DNA from: a virus
Taxonomy: Duplodnaviria; Caudoviricetes
DNA length: 64,000 bases
Reading direction: 5' to 3' (one strand)
IMG/VR virus record: IMGVR_UViG_3300028048_000063
Coordinates: 64,001-128,000 of that record
The position numbers and the translations under genes were made by a program. Under the pieces are notes generated by a model. It saw only the letters and a list, made by a program, of their open reading frames with translations. It ran no database searches and was not told the DNA's origin. Positions 38,681 to 49,325 of the stretch are shown piece after piece (position 1 is the first letter of the stretch; every line of letters starts with the position of its first letter).

Positions 38681-40279
38681 TTATTTTCCTACGTATTGGC
38701 GTAAAGTTGACCAACGATCATTCTTAACCTTTTCTTCTTTCTTTTCTGCAAATGCAGCGTTGACATCTGGGTTAGCAATTGGAGCTGAGAAGCTCTCTGC
38801 TACACTGTCTTCCTTTTTTTCTTCTTTTTCTTCGAATGTCTCTTTACTGTTGAGTTCGCACTCAAACTTGTATAATGCGATTTGTGTCTTTAAATCATCA
38901 ATAGAAGTGATTTCATCATTTTCACATTTTGCTGCGAATTCTTGAGCTACTGAATCTTCGATCTTAGAAGATTTAATAAGACTGTTAACTTTAGAGATAA
39001 ATTCTTTCTTTTCATAGTCCTTAACTTTAGATGCTAATTCTTCACATCTAGCTTTAAGTCCTTCTAATTCTGAAACTACAGCTTCATATTGTGCAGATAA
39101 TTCTTCAAAATTATTTCCACATTCTTTTGCTGGCTCTTCATCCTTATCTTCTGAACCTTCATCTTTATTGTCCTCGTCGTCCTTATCATCTTCGGATTCT
39201 TCACAGTGCTCAGTCTCTGGTTCTTCCACTTCACATTCAGCTTTATTGTCTACTGACTCATTTTGTTTTTCATCTTCAGCAGGTTCACTTTCTTCTGCGC
39301 AATGGCCACACTCATCTTCTTTTTTGTCTTCTACTGGTGTTTCTTCACAATGACCACACTCGTCAACCTTTTCCTCTAAATGACCGCATTCTTCAACTTT
39401 TTCTTCGTCTTCTTTCTTTGCTTCGCAGACACATGGATTTTTTCCACAATCTGGACAAACATCGTCTGCCGCAAATTTTTCTTCAACGATTGGTTGTTCT
39501 TCGGTTTGTAAATCAGTAGACTCAAAATTGCCTGTTTTGATTACTTCGTCCATTTTTTGAGCCTCCTCTATTTTTTTGTCAGAATTATCTAATTTTTCAT
39601 ATGCAAGTCTTAATGCTTGGGTCTGTTTTGCATATAAATCTTTGCCCATAATATCGACAACTGATAACTCTGCGTCTTCTATTCCTGGTTCCACTTTCAT
39701 TCCGTTTCTTGATCCTAAAATTGTTATTCCAACAAGATTAAAATCATTGATTTTCATTACTCCGTTTTCCAGGATTTCATAATCGGTGATATCAACCTCA
39801 ACAGAAATGTTTTTTGCTGATCCACCCATTTTTTGTGCACGCTTTGCGTCTTTAATTAAACGTTTTACTTGTTTAAAACTATATTGTGTCCAAAGACAAC
39901 AATTTAATTTAATCCATGATAATCCTTTGTCATCTTGTATAATTGTGACAGGATCAGATTCTCTAATTAAACCAAGGATTCTTTCGCCTTTTGTTCCAAG
40001 AGTATCCCAATAGCTCATACCTGTCTCTGTATCATATTCCCACTCTCCATTATGACTTACGAAATCACCATTCTCAAAATATCCAAGAATTGGTTTATTA
40101 ACGAAAGTCTTATTTGCTACTGCTCTTTGCATAGCTTCTGGAGTAAACCAAGAATTATTACGATTAGGGTTTGCACTACTGATAGCTTTCATGGATAATT
40201 CTAAAAAGTCTTTTTTAAGTAAAGGCTTAATGTCAATCTGACTAGCGTCAACTTCAAAAGATAATTTTGTATTATTCAT
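38681..40279 (-). CDS. Prohead protease-scaffold fusion
   Basis: NRNNS, KPIL, ISVEV, GITILG..VEPGI protease domain; acidic linker and C-terminal coiled coil. Confidence 0.75.
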   Translation of the reverse strand: MNNTKLSFEVDASQIDIKPLLKKDFLELSMKAISSANPNRNNSWFTPEAMQRAVANKTFVNKPILGYFENGDFVSHNGEWEYDTETGMSYWDTLGTKGERILGLIRESDPVTIIQDDKGLSWIKLNCCLWTQYSFKQVKRLIKDAKRAQKMGGSAKNISVEVDITDYEILENGVMKINDFNLVGITILGSRNGMKVEPGIEDAELSVVDIMGKDLYAKQTQALRLAYEKLDNSDKKIEEAQKMDEVIKTGNFESTDLQTEEQPIVEEKFAADDVCPDCGKNPCVCEAKKEDEEKVEECGHLEEKVDECGHCEETPVEDKKEDECGHCAEESEPAEDEKQNESVDNKAECEVEEPETEHCEESEDDKDDEDNKDEGSEDKDEEPAKECGNNFEELSAQYEAVVSELEGLKARCEELASKVKDYEKKEFISKVNSLIKSSKIEDSVAQEFAAKCENDEITSIDDLKTQIALYKFECELNSKETFEEKEEKKEDSVAESFSAPIANPDVNAAFAEKKEEKVKNDRWSTLRQYVGK

Positions 40280-40763
40280 CTGCTACCTCTTTTTTGTTGT
40301 CTGAATTTCTAAAAAATTCTTCTTCTGTTGGTAAGTCTAATACTTTTTCTCTACGAGAATCCATAACACCATTTTTACCTAAATTATGGTATTGTTGGTA
40401 AATATTCTCAAAGTTTTCTAATTCTTCTTTACTCACCCAACCTTTATTAAGATATTTATTAGATAAACTATATAACCTGTCGCGAAGTATAGCTTGAATA
40501 GCTTTACGTTGATTATGATCTGTTTTATTTAATTCATCAATATCTGATTTAATTGCTTGAACTTGCTCTTTAATAGGAGCATTTTCTTCACTAATAACTT
40601 CACGAATTATATCTTGTTGCTCTTTTCTCTTTGCGTCTTTAAATACTTGTGACTTTTGACTCTTTCTATCTCTAAAGTCTTTCCAAAACATAGAAGCCAC
40701 AGTACCAAAACCTAATAAACTCAATATTGATAATACTATAGAAACTACTTTATACCACTCCAT
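40272..40763 (-). CDS. Membrane-anchored coiled-coil protein (holin-associated family)
   Basis: N-terminal TM helix, LRDRL, YHNLGKNG motif. Confidence 0.55.
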   Translation of the reverse strand: MEWYKVVSIVLSILSLLGFGTVASMFWKDFRDRKSQKSQVFKDAKRKEQQDIIREVISEENAPIKEQVQAIKSDIDELNKTDHNQRKAIQAILRDRLYSLSNKYLNKGWVSKEELENFENIYQQYHNLGKNGVMDSRREKVLDLPTEEEFFRNSDNKKEVADE

Positions 40764-40775
40764 GTATTCACCCCG

Positions 40776-41270
40776 CTATATAGCGATGAAATGGGTGTAG
40801 TCTTTAATATGTATATTTAATGTTTGAGGATCTAATTTATTTGCTGCATTAATCCATTCATCGACTTGTTTAATGAAAGGTTGAACCTTACCTAAGAAGT
40901 CTTCTCCAAATATACGTACTTCGTCATCTTCATCCATATCTGCTATTTCAATTAATTCCTTTGTAGCGTTGCGAATTCCAATTAAGGTTTTCATTAACAC
41001 GTCGAAAACTTCTTTTAAATCCTCGTAGTCCTTATCGTATCCACCAATATCTAAACGAGTTGGTCTTGCTGATAATTGTAACATTTGATCTGTAATATCG
41101 TCTGCCCAAGCTGGCATTACGTGAGCTACATTATGATGTACTATATCAGCGATTCTAGTATAATAATGATAATCTAAACTATATGCAAGATTATCTATAA
41201 TAGCATTAGCATTAAAACACATGGAAGCTAATGCATTCATGCTATTATATGAATTTACGCTCATTCTCAT
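40776..41270 (-). CDS. Ferritin-like four-helix-bundle protein
   Basis: 164 aa, helical, with His/Asp/Glu spacing reminiscent of ferritin/Dps. Confidence 0.45.
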   Translation of the reverse strand: MRMSVNSYNSMNALASMCFNANAIIDNLAYSLDYHYYTRIADIVHHNVAHVMPAWADDITDQMLQLSARPTRLDIGGYDKDYEDLKEVFDVLMKTLIGIRNATKELIEIADMDEDDEVRIFGEDFLGKVQPFIKQVDEWINAANKLDPQTLNIHIKDYTHFIAI

Positions 41271-41292
41271 TTTTTTCTCCTCCTATTGTGTT

Positions 41293-43152
41293 TTATTCTC
41301 TATTTTCTGCTATATTATCTCCCCTATCACGAGATGCAGCTGTTGATTCATTCTCAATATCTCCATCTTCAATCATAGGTCTTCCTGCTTGTCCTGTTAC
41401 TTGCTCTGCCTCCGCTTCGGCTGCTTCTTGAGATAATTCTGCACTCTTTAATTGACTATATGTCATAAAATCTTTATAGAAATCTAAGTTTTTAATATAA
41501 TCAGCTATTGCTTTTGTATCTCTCATAGAAATACCTTCTGAAGACATTAGTTTTGGTAATAATCCAACATTACCATTCGCGACAACTTCTTTTAAGAATT
41601 TCTTCTCATTCTCAATATTAAATATATCACCCCAAATTCTAATTTTCCATTCATATTTAAGTCCTAATTTATTTTTTAATATAAAATTCATGACTTGTTC
41701 AAATTGGTTTGTAACATATTTTTGTTGAGATGCTGCTAATTGTTTAGCAACAGTAATTTGTGCTACGTTTGGTTTTTCTGTTGCGATTGTTAATCCACCT
41801 TCTCCAGCAGATTCTAAGAAATTACTTGTAGCAGTACTAATTATTTCAGATGAATTAACATCTGCATTTAATTGTTGTAACTTCATATTTTTTGCTGGCC
41901 ATAACCATGCTTCTACATTTGTAGATGTTGCTTGGTTAAATTGTGTCATATAACCTTGTAAAACTTCAGGACTGTAAACGGATTCGTTCTTACCTGCCCT
42001 TGGGTTTGGAATTGTCTCGATTTCACCAGTTAAAACTGCTGTTAATGGTGTACTTGCAATTAATCCAGCTAATTGACCATAATCTGTTAATTCTTGTAAC
42101 TTTAACATTAATCCCATTGTATCTGGTGCAACCCAAGGATGTGAATTATCACTCCCAAAAGTATAACAAATATCATATGGTAATCTAAGCCAGAACATAT
42201 AATTCATTTGACGACCCTTTTTAATACCTTCAATAATTGATAAATATTCTTGTCCGTCATATTTAAATTTAAAGTTTCTAGCTTTTTCTAAATTAAGTGA
42301 TCTCTTTTTTGTATCTGGATTTTCTTCAACAACGCCAGTCTCAAGCATTGAATTCCAAGCCTCGATCATAAACTCGCCAAAATCAGCTGGAGAATTCGCA
42401 ATATCTAAGAAATACATCATATCAAATGATATTGTAAATCCTAATTGTCCTTTTCCTGTGATTTTTATCCAATCTGTTGGCATTTTTTGTAATGTACAAA
42501 ATGCTGTGGTTTTATTTTTACCTTGTCCATTAAATTTATTACGTAATAAATAACTAGACTTACCTTCTCTCTTAACTTCTAAAGCTATCGTTTTAAAAGT
42601 AACTGGTATGTTAAATGTCTCCAACCAATTTTGTACTAATCTATCTTCTGACTTAAAATCATCCTTATTATAATCACTTGTTGAATCTAACATTTCTGGA
42701 ATAACAAAATAATTATAAATAGGGATATCACAAGATCTTCTTAAAATATTATAATAAATTTGTTGAGCACTACCATTAGCCCAGGCTAAACTTCTCAATT
42801 CTCTTTCATGATTCGCCGGGTTCTCTAAGAATGCTCCAATATCTGCTTTATTATATGTTTTTGCGTGTGAATATAGATTTTTAATCCTTTGGTTTTGCAA
42901 AAATGGATTTAATTTATTCCATTTTGTTGCAACCGTAGAAACCATTGTGCCGCTGACCATTGTATCTAGACTAGCAATTTTATTAAAAGTTTTTTGCCAT
43001 CTTTCAGTTAAATCTTCAACGGTAATACGTTCTTGTTCCATATCTAATCTTTCTTGAGATTTTTCGTCAACAACAGACTCTGCCACCACTGGATTTTTAG
43101 GGCGTCCGAGTTTCTTTTTTGTTTGTTCGTTCTTTTCTTCATTCTCAACCAT
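41293..43152 (-). CDS. Portal protein
   Basis: 619 aa, downstream of terminase, C-terminal AGRP motif. Confidence 0.75.
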   Translation of the reverse strand: MVENEEKNEQTKKKLGRPKNPVVAESVVDEKSQERLDMEQERITVEDLTERWQKTFNKIASLDTMVSGTMVSTVATKWNKLNPFLQNQRIKNLYSHAKTYNKADIGAFLENPANHERELRSLAWANGSAQQIYYNILRRSCDIPIYNYFVIPEMLDSTSDYNKDDFKSEDRLVQNWLETFNIPVTFKTIALEVKREGKSSYLLRNKFNGQGKNKTTAFCTLQKMPTDWIKITGKGQLGFTISFDMMYFLDIANSPADFGEFMIEAWNSMLETGVVEENPDTKKRSLNLEKARNFKFKYDGQEYLSIIEGIKKGRQMNYMFWLRLPYDICYTFGSDNSHPWVAPDTMGLMLKLQELTDYGQLAGLIASTPLTAVLTGEIETIPNPRAGKNESVYSPEVLQGYMTQFNQATSTNVEAWLWPAKNMKLQQLNADVNSSEIISTATSNFLESAGEGGLTIATEKPNVAQITVAKQLAASQQKYVTNQFEQVMNFILKNKLGLKYEWKIRIWGDIFNIENEKKFLKEVVANGNVGLLPKLMSSEGISMRDTKAIADYIKNLDFYKDFMTYSQLKSAELSQEAAEAEAEQVTGQAGRPMIEDGDIENESTAASRDRGDNIAENRE

Positions 43153-43564
43153 TTAACTCTTCTTCCTCCTTATCCTGTGATTTTTGTTGTGCTTCCAATG
43201 TTAACCTATCAATCTCTTCATTTAATAGATCTAGTCCTATAGAAATGTCATGAAAAACTTTTTGGCTTTCATCTTCACACATTTTATAATTAATTCTCAC
43301 AATCCTATCCATCAACCAGCCATTAATAAAATCACTTTCTCTTGGTTGATTTGTTTGTGAGTATGTTTCAATATAAAATTTATTGAAACCTGCTTTTTTT
43401 AAAAGATTCCCGACTTGTTTTTCAGTAGTATCACCCTCGATATCACCAAAAAACAAGGCGTTGTTGTCCCACAAGAAATCTCCTTTCTTCATTAGTGATT
43501 GCACTAATTTATCGAAATCTCCTGTCGAACTGTTATAATCTGTAATTATTTTACAACAAATCAT
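43145..43564 (-). CDS. Hypothetical protein
   Basis: Start moved to ATG 43564 (MICCK) with an AAGGAGA SD. Confidence 0.65.
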   Translation of the reverse strand: MICCKIITDYNSSTGDFDKLVQSLMKKGDFLWDNNALFFGDIEGDTTEKQVGNLLKKAGFNKFYIETYSQTNQPRESDFINGWLMDRIVRINYKMCEDESQKVFHDISIGLDLLNEEIDRLTLEAQQKSQDKEEEELNG

Positions 43565-43577
43565 TTTTACTCTCCTT

Positions 43578-45485
43578 TTACCTCTGGAATGGAGATTTTC
43601 CTTGAAATGGACTAACTCGTTTATTACTTCCATGAATACCAAGGGCATTTAACCATGGATCATTTTCATTAGAAGTTGGTTTTTTAGTAAACATATTACT
43701 ATAATCTAATCCTACTCCATCTCCATATTCTTCTTCCTCTCGTAAATTACGGATTTCCCAACATGCTAATACAAATACATAGTTACGGTCATCATGCATT
43801 TTCCCTCTTTTCTCTGGTGGCAATTGATAAGTTACATTACCAACAGAGGTTTTAATTCTGACCATAGCTACGATTTCTTCCTTCATAAGATCCATTTGTA
43901 TCAAAGACGCCATTTCTGGTTTAGATAATTTCTTTTCAGTACCATCTTCTAACACTAATGTATCATATTTTGGACATGGTGGCGGAAATTTAATTATTCC
44001 TTGAGGTACTAATACTTTAGCTGCCTCAAATAATGCGTTTCTGTATTTACGAGGTTCAATTAATTTTAAACACCCCTTAACACATTTTGGATAACCCTCT
44101 GCCCAAAGAACAGAAAACTCATTTTCATCGTCATATACGCCAGGATGTTTTTTACCTGCCTCGTCTTCCCAATCTTTTGCGAGTTCTTGGGCGATAGCAC
44201 TTGCTTGTCCACCAGCACCGAAATCTAATAGCAATGTTACATTTTCATAAGGTGCAATGTTTTCTCTTCCGTTATACTCATACACAAGCTCTCTGATCCT
44301 TTTAACTTGTTCGTCAATACGCATTGGACGTTTAGATCCATCTCCATATGTAACTACAAGGTTTTCCATATGTACGAGCCTTCCACAAATTTGTTTATCT
44401 TCATTCTTAAAAACTTCTGTAATTAGAACAGGCGCATTATCGTTCTTAGATGCAGGGTCGTAAGAAATGATATACTTATGCTTCTTTCCACCCCAACTAA
44501 GTTTAGGTACAAATATTTCTGTATTAGAGAATATATCCGTTCTCGATACGACACTATCCTCTAAATCAAAATGGTCAAATATATTATAATATTCTCTATT
44601 AGCTGCAATTTCATTTTCACGCATTTTTCTATCCACTTCGTCTTGTGATAGTAAAGGCGTAACAGGTTGTCCATCTACTGTTGGATGGATAGGTATATTG
44701 CAACTAATATCGGCAACGAAATATTTATCATTACCAATTAACATTTGTTTTGTGCCTTCTTTGTATTTTGCATAGAAATTTGAGTTTGTATCTGACGCTG
44801 ATCCTATATATAAACGTATATTTGGTATATCTTGTGGATATACGTCTGAATCAAAAGATCCACCAAGTTTGAATGATGAGTCTTGCGACATATATGGTTC
44901 TGTTACGTCAAAAGTTTCTTGCGCAATAAAACCAGCTTCGTCATAAACGTTTACATTAGAACGTCTACCACGAGCAGATCTTGAAGATCCGGCAATAGCA
45001 TTTATTTTAGATCCATTACATAATTCACATTTATTGCCTGTTTTATAGTCATGAGTAAAACCATCTGAATCACTCTTAGTTTTTTTAAGTTCGTCAATAA
45101 ATACTGTATTGTTGTTTACGATTGTTTTAATATTGTTACTAGCTATATCTTCCATTTTCCTGAATGTATCATTAGCTGTTGTCCAGTTCTCTGAAATTAT
45201 CTGTGTTTGTAATTTAGGAAACAATAAACTTCTAGCCATCATAAAACACCCTATAAGAAAAGACTTACCCGCGTTTCTCGAGCAAGCCCATATAACGTAT
45301 TCTTTTGTCCAGGATTCTGAAAGTAGCCATTTTTGATAATCCATTAAAGTAATACCTAATATTTTTTCAATAAATGCAACAGGATTTTGTCTTCCCCATT
45401 GTATTAATTTGATGTATCTCTTCATGGATTCATAATCACGGAGAGTTACATTATTAGATATTTTATTTTGATAAACACTAATCAT
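43578..45485 (-). CDS. terL: Terminase large subunit
   Basis: Walker A SRNAGKS, Walker B VYDEAGF, nuclease YDPA and HDDR. Confidence 0.9.
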   Translation of the reverse strand: MISVYQNKISNNVTLRDYESMKRYIKLIQWGRQNPVAFIEKILGITLMDYQKWLLSESWTKEYVIWACSRNAGKSFLIGCFMMARSLLFPKLQTQIISENWTTANDTFRKMEDIASNNIKTIVNNNTVFIDELKKTKSDSDGFTHDYKTGNKCELCNGSKINAIAGSSRSARGRRSNVNVYDEAGFIAQETFDVTEPYMSQDSSFKLGGSFDSDVYPQDIPNIRLYIGSASDTNSNFYAKYKEGTKQMLIGNDKYFVADISCNIPIHPTVDGQPVTPLLSQDEVDRKMRENEIAANREYYNIFDHFDLEDSVVSRTDIFSNTEIFVPKLSWGGKKHKYIISYDPASKNDNAPVLITEVFKNEDKQICGRLVHMENLVVTYGDGSKRPMRIDEQVKRIRELVYEYNGRENIAPYENVTLLLDFGAGGQASAIAQELAKDWEDEAGKKHPGVYDDENEFSVLWAEGYPKCVKGCLKLIEPRKYRNALFEAAKVLVPQGIIKFPPPCPKYDTLVLEDGTEKKLSKPEMASLIQMDLMKEEIVAMVRIKTSVGNVTYQLPPEKRGKMHDDRNYVFVLACWEIRNLREEEEYGDGVGLDYSNMFTKKPTSNENDPWLNALGIHGSNKRVSPFQGKSPFQR

Positions 45486-45505
45486 GTGCCCTCCTTTCTA
45501 TCCTT

Positions 45506-46573
45506 TTAATCTACTCCATCATATAAATGATATTCTCTATCGATGAATTCTTGTATTTCAGACTCTTTAATCCCTTTGGCTCTATAGTCTGCTTCTAATT
45601 CGTCTAAGAGTTTTTGTTTTTTGAGTTTCTCTTTAGCCAATCTTGCTGCTTCCATTGCGTCTTTAGCTTTTCTTTGAGCTTCTTTAACTGTAGCAACTTG
45701 TCCAATTAAGATATCTGCATAATCTGTTTTGGATAAATTGATTTGGTTTAATTGAGCTTTAAAGCTAATATTAGCAATTTCTTCAATAGCTTTAGATGTA
45801 GATATATCATAAAAATTAGTTATACCTTCATCAATACCCTTCTCCTCAATTTGATTTATTACGTCAGACAACATACCTTTTCCAGAAACACCTATACCTT
45901 TTACGGTAAAGTTATTTTTTTCTGCTGTTGTATTAATTGAGTCTTGAAGTGTTTTTTGAACTTTGATTAATTGGTCAAGTTGTTTTTGTGTTTCATCATC
46001 AACTTGTCCTGTTTTCATAATCTCGTTAATCTTTTTTTGATACTTCTCTAAATTATTATAACTCCTAACGACAGAAAGAGCTGCTTTTGCTTTAGCAACG
46101 TCTTTACGCATACCTTCGTTAAGCATACCAGTCATATCTCTATATAACTGTGGCTTATCTTCAATATCATCATCCTTAAATGGATCGTATGCTAAAATAT
46201 CAATTACAGCTAATCTGTTTTTACGAGTTTCTTCATCAAGTGCACCAATTTTGGCGTCTTCTTGATAAATCTTTTCAAAATTTTCTCTCCTAAGTTGAGA
46301 GAAAAAGTCTTTATTGTCATATTTTGGGTTTGCTTTGATAATATCTATATATGACTGTGGTAATAATTCTGCAAACCCAGGAGTCTTGAGAATCATGGAT
46401 CTGAGAAGGACACTGTCATAAAAGATATCATGATTGAAACAATATTTAAACATAGCCGCAATATGATCACCTTTACTCTCTGTTACTAATTCGACATATT
46501 CATTATTTTGTGTTTGTGTATTCTGATCTTGGTCGTTTTCTGTAACAGTAGTCAATTCTTCCTTCTCTTCCAT
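45506..46573 (-). CDS. Hypothetical helical protein upstream of terL (possible small terminase/packaging factor)
   Basis: Position; AYDPF motif; coiled coil. Confidence 0.45.
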   Translation of the reverse strand: MEEKEELTTVTENDQDQNTQTQNNEYVELVTESKGDHIAAMFKYCFNHDIFYDSVLLRSMILKTPGFAELLPQSYIDIIKANPKYDNKDFFSQLRRENFEKIYQEDAKIGALDEETRKNRLAVIDILAYDPFKDDDIEDKPQLYRDMTGMLNEGMRKDVAKAKAALSVVRSYNNLEKYQKKINEIMKTGQVDDETQKQLDQLIKVQKTLQDSINTTAEKNNFTVKGIGVSGKGMLSDVINQIEEKGIDEGITNFYDISTSKAIEEIANISFKAQLNQINLSKTDYADILIGQVATVKEAQRKAKDAMEAARLAKEKLKKQKLLDELEADYRAKGIKESEIQEFIDREYHLYDGVD

Positions 46574-46597
46574 AATTTCCCCTTTTATATAGTACTT

Positions 46598-47881
46598 TTA
46601 TACATCGAATTTGATATCGATATCTACAATGTTACCATCTTCCTCAAAAATTACCATTTTTTGTGAAGGATCACTGAATAATCTCTTTGAAACTGCATAT
46701 TCTTCTGTGCCAACTAATGAAGCATTTACAAAAACACGACATCCTTGATAATCTCTAGCACTACTACTATGATAATGTGCTAAGAAAACAAAAGATACAA
46801 ATGTTTGTGTAGCTGCACACATATTTTGGAATGAAGATTGTTTACTACCTAAATGTCCATGTTCATAACAGCATACACGTCCATCTTTAAGCGTAAATAC
46901 ACCGAGACTTTCATCTAATCCATTATCTGCAAAGATAATGTTGGAATTTTTAAGTCTTTCTTTTAAATACCACCAAGTAATTTTGCAGAACGATTCTCTT
47001 TCAATTGCATCGTTCTTATTTGCGATCATTCTATCATGATTTCCTGTGACTTGATGATAATATACTATTGGAGCTGCTGATTGTAATATATTAAGTATCT
47101 CTGCTAAAGCTTCTGATGACTCAATAACTTGAGATGCAACATCCATTTGTTGTTCAATACGGATTGTATTGTGAATATATCCAGCAATAAAATCAGAAAG
47201 TCCTAAAACGTGTAAAATTTCAACATTAAATTTCTTACAATATTTAATAGCGTCATCTACAACTTCACTTAATCTAGCTCTTAAGATCTCGCTATTTACT
47301 GTTTGTTTGAAGTTTGTTGTGTATGTTCCCCAGTGCCAATCACTTAAACATAAACAAGCTTCAGAGCTTCTTTCTTCACCATTTTGTGGTTTAAAAGAAA
47401 CTTTTGGAAGTTTTTCTACTCCTTTAATTGCTGAAACTAATTCGTCTCTGAAACTTTCAACTCTTGCTTCGTCTCTAAGACTACGGCGATATCCATTCAT
47501 GACATCACGTGTCTTAATTTGTTGCTTATATAAGCTTTGTTTTAATTCCTCTGTCTTTTCTTCAAAATCAGCGAAACTAATATCGTCAATGTTTTTGCCA
47601 CTTAACATATGCTCATTGTGGATCATTTCATCCTTTGCATATCTTCTACCTTTGATCCATTGTCTAAAAGTATCGCCTTTTACCATAGGATCTCCGAACT
47701 TATCAAGTGGTTGTAAAATCTCTACGAGTTTATCCCAACCACCAAATTCTCTTTTTTGAGAATTATTCATTTCTATGAATGCGCATCCAATATCATACAT
47801 CTCGTCTTCGGTAAAACGTCCATCTTCTCTGGAGTCGATATCAATTGCATCAATCATTGTCCATAAATCTTGTACAGTCAT
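46598..47881 (-). CDS. Calcineurin-like metallophosphoesterase (YonJ-like)
   Basis: SDWHWG, GNHDR, HGH, AHYH motifs. Confidence 0.8.
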   Translation of the reverse strand: MTVQDLWTMIDAIDIDSREDGRFTEDEMYDIGCAFIEMNNSQKREFGGWDKLVEILQPLDKFGDPMVKGDTFRQWIKGRRYAKDEMIHNEHMLSGKNIDDISFADFEEKTEELKQSLYKQQIKTRDVMNGYRRSLRDEARVESFRDELVSAIKGVEKLPKVSFKPQNGEERSSEACLCLSDWHWGTYTTNFKQTVNSEILRARLSEVVDDAIKYCKKFNVEILHVLGLSDFIAGYIHNTIRIEQQMDVASQVIESSEALAEILNILQSAAPIVYYHQVTGNHDRMIANKNDAIERESFCKITWWYLKERLKNSNIIFADNGLDESLGVFTLKDGRVCCYEHGHLGSKQSSFQNMCAATQTFVSFVFLAHYHSSSARDYQGCRVFVNASLVGTEEYAVSKRLFSDPSQKMVIFEEDGNIVDIDIKFDV

Positions 47882-47991
47882 ATTTTTCTTTTTACTCCTT
47901 TTACTTCTATTTTTTGCACTATAAAAGTGCGATTTTATTCAGTTTATTTGCTCCCTTTCCATATATAATAAGTGCGATTTTCCTGGCGTGT

Positions 47992-48813
47992 CTATTCTAT
48001 AGCTTTTTGTGTCTCTAAATACTCTAAAATTCTATTTTTTCTATAGTTTTTGTAGCATTTTTCACATATTTTACGCTTTGTCTTAGTGGAAACTACGAAT
48101 TCTCTACCACATTTTTCACAATATCTTACATTATTTTTAATTAAAGGCAATATATTTTGTATATCATTTATGTCATCACATGTATACATAACCTTACCCT
48201 TATAATGTATAAAATCTGGTTTATATACAGGATAAGCTTCGCTTATTCCTCTTTGAATGTCATCTATAATTTTTACTGTATTATTTTGTAATTTATATTG
48301 TGCAATTGTATCTTGGCAATCTCCACCATAATTTTTACTCTTAAAACTTGTCTGTCTTATTGCCCATGCGTTTAATGTTTTTGTTTTTTGAACTCTTCTG
48401 TGAATTTGCACGTCAAATTTGTAGTATGTAAGTAAACAGAGCCAATATTGTTTTACCCACACAGGTGCATTTAATGAGTTTAAGAATTCTATTTCTGGTC
48501 TGTATATTTTAATAGGTTTTAATTCTTTAGCACAATTAATATTTTTATATTTTGGTTCTTCAGTTTTTTTGTATAATGAGTTAAATTCGATCATTAATTG
48601 TTCTTCATCATCACTAAAAATTTTAGCGACGCCATTTTGAATTTCTTTCCATAACGCAAAACATTCGCTCTCAGTTTTACCAAGAACGTTTTTCAAATAA
48701 CATAAGTAAACAATTTCCTGCATAAAGCGTTTTTTGTTGTCTGCAGGATCTTCGGTACTTAAGACTTTGGTTTCATGTATTTTTTTACATTGTTTTGCCC
48801 AGTCTAATATCAA
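47992..48813 (-). CDS. Hypothetical protein with C-terminal zinc ribbon
   Basis: CEKC...CEKC. Confidence 0.7.
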   Translation of the reverse strand: MILDWAKQCKKIHETKVLSTEDPADNKKRFMQEIVYLCYLKNVLGKTESECFALWKEIQNGVAKIFSDDEEQLMIEFNSLYKKTEEPKYKNINCAKELKPIKIYRPEIEFLNSLNAPVWVKQYWLCLLTYYKFDVQIHRRVQKTKTLNAWAIRQTSFKSKNYGGDCQDTIAQYKLQNNTVKIIDDIQRGISEAYPVYKPDFIHYKGKVMYTCDDINDIQNILPLIKNNVRYCEKCGREFVVSTKTKRKICEKCYKNYRKNRILEYLETQKAIE

Positions 48814-48879
48814 TTTATATTCTCCTTTTTAGCTATCCAAAATCTAAGTCTAGCTCTCTTGTGGATAACTACATTCTAC

Positions 48880-48908
48880 ATTATACTGGATATTATTAAA
48901 AATATCAA
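48880..48908 (-). promoter_or_regulatory. sigmaA-type promoter (leftward)
   Basis: TTGATA-17-TATAAT with TATCCAG just before the -10. Confidence 0.7.
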
Positions 48909-49210
48909 CTAAAAATGTAAATTTGGGTTATTTTATGTGGTTTTGAAAAAACCTGTTCTTTCTTTTATTTTATTTTTCTTTCTTTTCGAAAAAGAAACAA
49001 AACAGAGTACTACGTAGTACTACAGAGTTACAAATAAAACTACTAAAAAAATATAGTATCAAATTTGTTGAACTACGAAGTAGTGAAAACAATTTCGGGG
49101 GAACTATCTAGAATAATAGAAGAAATAATAGGAGTTAAGAGGGAAAAAAGAGGAAAGAAGGAGTATTTGAATAAATATTTTAAAAAAATGAAAAAAAATA
49201 CAAATTTAAA

Positions 49211-49239
49211 TTGATTTTCTGCATAGTATCCAGTATAAT
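49211..49239 (+). promoter_or_regulatory. sigmaA-type promoter (rightward, RNA polymerase operon)
   Basis: TTGATT-17-TATAAT with TATCCAG just before the -10. Confidence 0.7.
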
Positions 49240-49325
49240 ATTAGTAGTTGAAGTTGAGTAGACTTTGACTAAAAAAATACTTAATAAAAGGAGGCATCCT
49301 ACCACAGGAATATGACAAGATAATT

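Noticed and set aside
213-47759. Plus-strand ORFs opposite the late genes (e.g. 24686..25114, 39091..39519, 47307..47759)
   Set aside because: Antisense shadows of well-supported minus-strand genes; no SD and atypical composition
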